Source of the DNA: Candidatus Latescibacterota bacterium
Lineage (GTDB): Bacteria; Latescibacterota; UBA2968; GCA-2709665
Direction of reading: 5' to 3'
Assembly: GCA_963667175.2 (NCBI GenBank)
Contig: CAXXXF010000016.1
Location: 32,001-96,000, forward strand
DNA: 64,000 nucleotides
The stretch's first letter is position 1; the number at the start of each line of letters is the position of its first letter. The notes beneath the pieces are model-generated. The model made no database searches and was not told where the DNA came from. It was given only the letters and a program-made list of their open reading frames with translations. The position numbers and the translations under genes were made by a program. This document shows positions 57,512-64,000 of this stretch, piece after piece.

Positions 57512-58849
57512 ATGCGTTTACCCGAACACACAACATATCTCATTATAGGCGCAGGTGTGCACGGTCTGAGCATCGGATATCACCTGGCGCGGGAATTGAA
57601 GAGGCGGCGCAGAGGCGGCGGGGCCGAGGTGCTGATTGTAGACAAGACGGGGGTGGCCGCAGGCGCTTCCGGCATCGCCTGCGGCGTGATCCGCAACAAC
57701 TATTTCCAGCCGGCCATGCGCGAGCTGATGGCGCACAGCGTCGATATATGGGAGTCCGATCCGGAAGCGTTCAGTTACCACCCCGTCGGCTACATGCAGA
57801 TCAGCCCCGAGTCCATGCGCGAGGACGTCGCCGGCATCGCGCAACAGCAGCGCGAGATCGGTTACGAATCGGAGTTTATAGAAGGCGGCGCAGACTGTAT
57901 GAAATATATGCGGGGTCTCTTTCACGACTGGCAGGCGAAGGGCGTCACGTCCGTACTTCACGAGAAAAGAGGGGGTTACGCGAACAATCGCGCATCGATG
58001 ACGGGCCTGGCCGAAAAGGCGGAAACCGAGGGCGTCAGGATTCTGGATGGCGTCTCGGTGACCGGATTCCGGTTCGGCGGAGGGGCGATTTCGGCAGTGG
58101 AAACAGATTGCGGCGTGATCCGGGCAGACGAGATCGTCATCGCCGTGGGGCCCTGGACAAAACTGCTCTGGGATATGCTGGATCTGCCCGGGTCGGTGAG
58201 CATCAAGGGCCCGGACGGGGCCCTGCGCCACAATATCCCGATGTGGAGCTACTGGTGTCTGCAGGAAGGCACATTGGGCGTAGACCCCCACTATCTCAAG
58301 ACCGACGACGGAAGGATGCCCCCCGTCATCCATCTGGACACGGACGCGCCGCTTTATTCCGACGTCGACGGTTCGCTGATTACGGACCGCGAGTGGGGCA
58401 TCTACTACAAGCCGGATTTCCACTTCGGGGGAGTACAGGGGGGGGCAATGCCTTACCGGGTTGAGAGACCGGCGGACGAGGTGGCGGTCGATCCCTACGG
58501 TCCGGAATCGCCCGATTTCATCGTCGGCGACCGGTTTGCGCATCAGTGGTGTTCCGCATTGGCATTCTGCCACAAACGGTTTGAAGGAAAGTCCACACTC
58601 TTCAAGAAAGAACCATCCGGCGGCATCGGCGCGTTCACTCCCGACAGTTTTCCGGTGTTCGACCGGTTTCACGGGAACGGCTATATTATCGCGGATTCCA
58701 ACCACGGGTACAAGATGATCGGCGTGGGCAGGCTCGTCGCTGAGGAGCTCATGGGCGTACGATCCCGTCTCCTGGAGCCGTTCCGCTTTTCTCGCTATGC
58801 CGAGGGCAGGCTGCATCCGGTTTCCAACAGCCCGTTTCCCTGGAGCTGA
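57512..58849 (+). CDS. FAD-dependent N-methyl amino acid oxidoreductase (MgdA/sarcosine oxidase beta-like)
   Basis: IIGAGVHG, GASGIACGVIRNNYFQP, FTPDSFP, DSNHGYKM, C-terminal SPFPWS. Confidence 0.8.
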   Translation: MRLPEHTTYLIIGAGVHGLSIGYHLARELKRRRRGGGAEVLIVDKTGVAAGASGIACGVIRNNYFQPAMRELMAHSVDIWESDPEAFSYHPVGYMQISPESMREDVAGIAQQQREIGYESEFIEGGADCMKYMRGLFHDWQAKGVTSVLHEKRGGYANNRASMTGLAEKAETEGVRILDGVSVTGFRFGGGAISAVETDCGVIRADEIVIAVGPWTKLLWDMLDLPGSVSIKGPDGALRHNIPMWSYWCLQEGTLGVDPHYLKTDDGRMPPVIHLDTDAPLYSDVDGSLITDREWGIYYKPDFHFGGVQGGAMPYRVERPADEVAVDPYGPESPDFIVGDRFAHQWCSALAFCHKRFEGKSTLFKKEPSGGIGAFTPDSFPVFDRFHGNGYIIADSNHGYKMIGVGRLVAEELMGVRSRLLEPFRFSRYAEGRLHPVSNSPFPWS

Positions 58850-58919
58850 CCACCGACCGCGTGGACGCCGGAGTGACGTCTAGAGACAGACGCCCGGAAC
58901 GCAGACGGAGAATGCGCCC

Positions 58920-60167
58920 ATGTTGCAACCCGACGTCCGGCGGCAGATGCGGGTCCGGCATACGGACTGGGGCGACGCAGTGCGTATCGACCTCAACCAA
59001 CTCGGCGCGCGGCTGCCCGCGCAGGGGGCGCCCGGCGCAACATGGTCGGAAGCAACCGGCGAGTCGTTGCGTGACGAATGGGCCGAACGTCAGAACGAGG
59101 CGCTTTGCGCCGCGATGGCGGACGTCGCCGCCGGTTCCGGTGGGAGCTTCGATTCGTTCGCTGAGTGGACGGTCCTGCACAACCGGCGGTACGACGGCGC
59201 GCATATGCGCGAATTGCGGCGGAAGCGGTTCCGCCAGGGCTACCGTGCCGCGATCACCACGCTCGGCTGGGCGCATCCCGAGACCAGCCGTTCCACATGC
59301 ATTCAGGCCGTTGCATATGTTCCGAAAACCGGTGCTGGTTTCAAACAGTCCACGTGGCGGCCCGAGTCGCTTTACGATACCGAATTCATGGCGCTCGCGC
59401 CCGCCGTTGTGACGGATTTCGGCGGAGGCCGACAGATCCATCTGTCGGGCGTTGTCGCGTGGGACGAGCGGATTACTCCGCTCTTCGAAGGGCAGCCCGA
59501 ACGTCAGATCTCCCACGTGTTCGACCTCATCCAGGACGTTTTCAACGAAGGCGGCGGATCGCTGGGCGACGTTGTGCGACTGCGTCCGTTCGCCCACTCT
59601 TCGGAGATCGCGCGGCTCATCCGGGCCGAAGTCAGCCGCCGCTGGGCGGGCGGTCCGAAGCCCGTCGTGATGATGTCGGACAGCCGGCATTTTGGCGACC
59701 CGCCGAGCCTGTACGCGGAAATACAGGTCCTGGGCGTGACGTCGGACGGCCACGGCAGTGTTCGCCATGGGGAAGCGGAACTCCCCCTCGGGACAATCGA
59801 TGAAAGCGCAACCCGCATCCGCTGCAGCCGGGCGCGCGAATGGGAAATGGTCCACGTGGGTGAACTGCGGGCGCGACCGGAGGCAGGCTGGAAGTGGGAG
59901 GCCGAGCAGGTCGCCGGGCAGATCAGCGCGGTCCTCGAACGGATGTCACTCACGCCGGACGACGTCTGTCTGACACTTGCCTATGTGAGTTCACCCGAAG
60001 CCGCGGCGGCGTTCCCGAAAATGGTGGCCGGCGCGGTACCGATAGAAACGGTGCACGTGCTCCCGTGTCCTGTAATGCCCGAATTGGACGGTCGCTGCAT
60101 CAAGGTGGAGATGACGGCCCGAAGACGTCCGGATCCGGCCTCCAGGTCGCAGGCCGGGCGCCCCTGA
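58920..60167 (+). CDS. Protein with tandem RidA/YjgF-like domains
   Basis: Central domain IHLSG...Q...VF..I...GGSLGDVV...AEIQ; flanking degenerate copies ending CIQAVAY and KVEMTA. Confidence 0.6.
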   Translation: MLQPDVRRQMRVRHTDWGDAVRIDLNQLGARLPAQGAPGATWSEATGESLRDEWAERQNEALCAAMADVAAGSGGSFDSFAEWTVLHNRRYDGAHMRELRRKRFRQGYRAAITTLGWAHPETSRSTCIQAVAYVPKTGAGFKQSTWRPESLYDTEFMALAPAVVTDFGGGRQIHLSGVVAWDERITPLFEGQPERQISHVFDLIQDVFNEGGGSLGDVVRLRPFAHSSEIARLIRAEVSRRWAGGPKPVVMMSDSRHFGDPPSLYAEIQVLGVTSDGHGSVRHGEAELPLGTIDESATRIRCSRAREWEMVHVGELRARPEAGWKWEAEQVAGQISAVLERMSLTPDDVCLTLAYVSSPEAAAAFPKMVAGAVPIETVHVLPCPVMPELDGRCIKVEMTARRRPDPASRSQAGRP

Positions 60168-60267
60168 CGGGTGGTCCCTGAAGGATCGCACGGCGCATGT
60201 TACCCACCGGCCCTCGCGGGAACGATCCTTACCCCAGAATTGTCCAATGCATAGAGCGTAGTTTTCC

Positions 60268-61173
60268 ATGATGGGGCTGGAAATGCGTATATTGGCAACG
60301 GGATTGACAAAAGTCTATCCGAAGGGGACCGTGCCCGCGCTGGACAACGTCGACCTGGAGATCGGACGGGGAACGTTCGGGCTGCTTGGCCCGAACGGCG
60401 CCGGAAAGACCACGCTGATCAAGGTTCTTTCAACGCAGATGGCGCCAACGGCCGGGCACGTCAGAATCGGCGCCTGGGATTTGCAGCGCAACCGCTCCGA
60501 AGTGCGGCGGCGGCTGGGCTACCTTCCCCAGCACTTCGGCGCATATCCGCAACTGACGGCGTGGGAGTTTCTGGACTATATGGACCGGCTGGCGGCCGGA
60601 CGCCGTCGGATCGGGCGGAGGGCGCGAGTGCGCGATGCGCTCGAAAACGTGGGGCTCTACGACGCGCGGGACCGGCGGACCGGCGCCTTTTCCGGCGGAA
60701 TGATGCGGCGACTCGGGATTGCTCAGGCCATTGTCGGCGATCCGGAAATCCTGATTGTGGACGAGCCCACCGTGGGGCTCGATCCGGAAGAACGCATCCG
60801 TTTTCGAGGGATTCTCGCTCGGCTGAGTCGGGACAGGACAATCCTGATTTCCACCCATATCGTAGGCGATATTTCGAGCACCTGCGATGACCTGGCGGTG
60901 CTGAATGAAGGGCGGATCGTCTACAGGGGGTCGCCCGATGCCCTGGTCGCTCGCGCGAATGACAAGACCTGGCGGGTACAGGCCGACGACGCGGAGTTCG
61001 AGACGATATCCCGGCGGTTTCTGGTCGTGACGGTCGCCGTGGATGGCGGACGAATGGACCTCCGGTTCGTGGGCGACGGCCGGCCGCCGGCCCACGCCGA
61101 ACCGGTACCGCCAAACCTCGAAGACGCATACGTGTATTATATGGGCCGGGAGAATCAGGAAAGGGCCGCGTAG
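60268..61173 (+). CDS. ABC transporter ATP-binding protein (ABC-2 type)
   Basis: GPNGAGKTT, GYLPQ, FSGGM, IVDEPT, ISTH, LEDAY. Confidence 0.93.
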   Translation: MMGLEMRILATGLTKVYPKGTVPALDNVDLEIGRGTFGLLGPNGAGKTTLIKVLSTQMAPTAGHVRIGAWDLQRNRSEVRRRLGYLPQHFGAYPQLTAWEFLDYMDRLAAGRRRIGRRARVRDALENVGLYDARDRRTGAFSGGMMRRLGIAQAIVGDPEILIVDEPTVGLDPEERIRFRGILARLSRDRTILISTHIVGDISSTCDDLAVLNEGRIVYRGSPDALVARANDKTWRVQADDAEFETISRRFLVVTVAVDGGRMDLRFVGDGRPPAHAEPVPPNLEDAYVYYMGRENQERAA

Positions 61174-61176
61174 GGC

Positions 61177-64000
61177 ATGGAAACGGTTTTCACAATATTG
61201 TCTGTCGCCGGATACGAGCGCAAGATGCTGATGCGGACGATTCGATTCCGGATCCTGGGCGGTATCGGCGTGCTCATCCCCGTTGGTCTGGGCGTCGGCC
61301 TGGCGGTCGCCGAATCCAGAGGCATCGCATTTGAGTCCGTCAGCGGCATCGGCGCCTATATGCCCTTTTTCGTATACAGTCTGCTGCAGACAGTCGTGAT
61401 CGCGTTTATCGTCGGTGATTTCCGCGCCTCGGATGAGCGCGCCGGAATCTACGAGGTGGTTGCAGCCCGGCCGCTGTCTACGGCCGAACTGGTCATGGGC
61501 AAATACCTGGGGGTCCTGGGTGCGCTGATTACGCTGAGCCTGGTCGTACTGGTGCTCAGCCTGGCGGTCCAGGCGGCCAAGATCAGCGTTACCGGCGCGC
61601 CGTTTGCGATTCGACCCTATCTGACGTACCTGCTGCTGCTGAACCTCCCCGGGCTGGTCTATATGTCCGCTCTGACGTTTTTTCTCGGGGCGATATTTCG
61701 CCGTCAGGCCGCGGTGACCGTGCTGACCATCGCATACGTCCTGATCGTTCTGCTGTTTCTTGGAAGGCGATATGGCGGTATCTACGACTTCGGCGCATTC
61801 TTCGCCCCGGTGTTCTACTCGGATATGCTCGGCCTTGGCGATATCCGGCGGGTGGTCGAGATCCGGGTCTTCTACACGTTTCTTGCCCTGTTTTTCTTCG
61901 GTTTGTCTATCGACCGGTATCCCAGGCTGCCTCAGTCCCGTGCCTGGCGCAGGTTCGGTCGATGTCTGACCGCCGGCGGTTTCGTCGCCGCGACGTGCCT
62001 GTACGCGTATATGGAAAGGCGCGACTCGTCAGACCTCGCCTACCGGATGGCACAGCTGGAAGTTCAGGAAGGAATCGCCGGGCGGCCAACGCCGGCTGTT
62101 ACGCATTACGCGCTCGACCTGGACCTTGCGAATGACCGTACGCCACTGCGGGGCAGGGCGGTTCTCAGCGTTTCGAACCCTCATCCCGTAACGCTCGACA
62201 CCCTCGTTTTCAGTCTCAACCCCGGACTGGAATTGCGGTCGGTGACTGCAGTTGAGGAAAAGGGCGCTGATCTCAGCTGGCAGCGCGAGTATTCTGTCGT
62301 GAGAATCGCCCGTCCGCTTCTGCCCGACAGTCTGGCGACGTTTGAGTTCGTATACGACGGCTCGATCGACCTCAGCGGATTCGATCTGAGGCGCCAACCG
62401 GAAGCAAGACGATTGCAGAAGCGGCGAACGGGGCCGGGAAGGAAGGGGGACCTGACCGCCTGGATCCGCCGGAATTCCGTATTCCTGCCGCCACGCAGCA
62501 GGTGGTACCCCTCGCCGGGCGTGGACTACGGTCATCAGGATGGCCGGCCCCTGTCCTTCGCCACCGCAGTTCTGGATATTGCGCTTCCCGAGGGTCTGGA
62601 AGTCGTGACCCAGGGTGTGCCGATGGGTCGGAAGAAAGAGGGCGGCCGCGAGATTCATTCATGGAAAGTGGAACGCCCCGTACCCGTCCTTTCGCTCAAC
62701 GCGGGCGTGTACCACGTCTTTCAGGCTGAAATCCACAATATCCAATGCGCCATATACGTACATCCGGCCCACGCCAGGCAGGTGACCTTCTTCCACGACG
62801 CCCGGGACGACGCATTGAAAACGCTGGGCGAGATCCTGGATAGCGTTGAACAGGAAACCAGCCTGGCCTATCCGTACCGACGCCTGTCGGTTGTGGAGGT
62901 TCCATTCCAGGTACAGTGGTATTACGACGGATGGGAAGAAGCTGGCGGATTGGCGCAGCCCGGCGTGCTGATGCTTGAAGAGGACGTCCTGATGCGGCTG
63001 AATCTGCAACGTCGTCTGAAGTGGATGCAGCGGCGACAGCGGCGTAACGACGACCCTGCCAGAATCAAGCGGGACCTGCTGGTCAGCACGGTGCTGAACA
63101 CGTTTCTCGCGCGGGAATCGACTCAGAGCGGCATCTACAGGAGTCCGGTTGCGCAACTCTGGTCGTTCAACCGGGGATTCGAAGGCGAACACTATTCCCT
63201 GCTCAAACGCGGCATGCCAGTCTATATGCAGCAGAATCTCGGGACCACGCTGCAACAGAGTTTCTACTCGAGGCGGGGACGGTTTCGAGGCCGGTTCCGG
63301 CGGAACAGGGGCGCGCGCGGCGTTTCCTGGGATACCGTAACGGCCAGGATGCGGCAGCGTTCTTTCGCGGAACTTGACCCGACTGCGGACGCGGAACTCT
63401 ACCGGGCGGTCGTCGACGCCAAGGGCGCCTCCATGTTCGGGATGATGCAGGCCGTGGTGGGAGAAGATGCATTCAGAGACGTGGTCAGCGGATTCGAGGA
63501 GGCGAGCCGGCACGCGGGAGTCGACTTTGCGTCTTTCGAGCGCGCGGCTGTTGGCGATTCGTCGATGCAGGCGGAACGGCCCAGCCTGAATCGACTCGTC
63601 CGGGACTGGCTTCACGGCGCCCAGGTCCCGGGCTACACCCTGACAAGGGCAAAAGCATATAAGGTGGACGACGGATGGGGCATGATGACGTATCAGGTCG
63701 TCGTGCGTATCCGGAACGGCGAGCCGGGGCGCGGATTTGTCCAGATTCGAGCCATGGGGACCGAAGACGAGGCGATAAAGGGCGTTGAGATCGAGGGCGG
63801 ACAGGAAGTTGAGGTGGGGCTGATCCTTTGGGAACGGCCTTCGAGGATAAGCGTCGAGCCGTTCTTTGCTCGCAACCGCCGGGTCCTGATGGCGCCGTTG
63901 CGCATACCCGAGCAGCCGATGGAAGGATCCGCCACGACCTACGTGAGGGAGGTCGCTCCGGACGAGACCGGATTGACCGAGATTATCGTGGACAACGATG
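61177..64000 (+). CDS. ABC-2 permease fused to an M1-aminopeptidase-like domain (partial, runs off the window)
   Basis: Absent from the ORF track because there is no stop in the window. METVFTILSVAGYERK start, multiple TM helices, GKYLG, then THY.LDL, WYP, YPY..L.VVEVP, KGASMF...VGEDAF, ending IIVDND. Confidence 0.8.
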   Translation, partial: METVFTILSVAGYERKMLMRTIRFRILGGIGVLIPVGLGVGLAVAESRGIAFESVSGIGAYMPFFVYSLLQTVVIAFIVGDFRASDERAGIYEVVAARPLSTAELVMGKYLGVLGALITLSLVVLVLSLAVQAAKISVTGAPFAIRPYLTYLLLLNLPGLVYMSALTFFLGAIFRRQAAVTVLTIAYVLIVLLFLGRRYGGIYDFGAFFAPVFYSDMLGLGDIRRVVEIRVFYTFLALFFFGLSIDRYPRLPQSRAWRRFGRCLTAGGFVAATCLYAYMERRDSSDLAYRMAQLEVQEGIAGRPTPAVTHYALDLDLANDRTPLRGRAVLSVSNPHPVTLDTLVFSLNPGLELRSVTAVEEKGADLSWQREYSVVRIARPLLPDSLATFEFVYDGSIDLSGFDLRRQPEARRLQKRRTGPGRKGDLTAWIRRNSVFLPPRSRWYPSPGVDYGHQDGRPLSFATAVLDIALPEGLEVVTQGVPMGRKKEGGREIHSWKVERPVPVLSLNAGVYHVFQAEIHNIQCAIYVHPAHARQVTFFHDARDDALKTLGEILDSVEQETSLAYPYRRLSVVEVPFQVQWYYDGWEEAGGLAQPGVLMLEEDVLMRLNLQRRLKWMQRRQRRNDDPARIKRDLLVSTVLNTFLARESTQSGIYRSPVAQLWSFNRGFEGEHYSLLKRGMPVYMQQNLGTTLQQSFYSRRGRFRGRFRRNRGARGVSWDTVTARMRQRSFAELDPTADAELYRAVVDAKGASMFGMMQAVVGEDAFRDVVSGFEEASRHAGVDFASFERAAVGDSSMQAERPSLNRLVRDWLHGAQVPGYTLTRAKAYKVDDGWGMMTYQVVVRIRNGEPGRGFVQIRAMGTEDEAIKGVEIEGGQEVEVGLILWERPSRISVEPFFARNRRVLMAPLRIPEQPMEGSATTYVREVAPDETGLTEIIVDND

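Overview
GC-rich bacterial chromosomal segment. An FCB-group organism such as Latescibacterota or Gemmatimonadota is inferred from a C-terminal FPNPFN/FlgD-Ig secreted protein and the pyrG-lptC-lptA-lptB-rpoN order. The left part (1-20 kb) carries a rhomboid protease, a class V aminotransferase, tRNA-Gly(GCC), a hydantoinase/oxoprolinase A/B pair, a BNR_4 protein, rmlA, GH88, DUF547, arsS, arsC, a DegT aminotransferase, a ceramidase-like protein, an FAD/Fe-S oxidoreductase, acyP, apt and tRNA-Arg(CCT). The centre is housekeeping (ruvX, mltG, uvrD/pcrA, gatC, pyrG, lptCAB, rpoN), followed by an HPPD/VOC-like orphan and a 5x lamin-tail-domain secreted protein with a sigma54 promoter. The right part (42.5-60.2 kb) is a co-oriented C1/methyl-metabolism island. 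It contains a NuoEF-type fusion, a selenocysteine formate dehydrogenase (in-frame UGA plus SECIS, split in the ORF track), FdhD, FmdB, an unusual homocysteine-methyltransferase/SAM-methyltransferase fusion, two SDRs, a dimethylformamidase large subunit, a BHMT-like enzyme, a ThDP enzyme, an MgdA/SoxB-like flavoprotein and a triple-RidA protein. An ABC ATPase and a permease-M1-like fusion that runs off the end close the window. Two families of MITE-like elements (3 copies) share an internal GCCTGCC...GGCAGGC palindrome. No CRISPR array, rRNA or transposase was seen. All calls come from motif recognition by eye; no searches were run.
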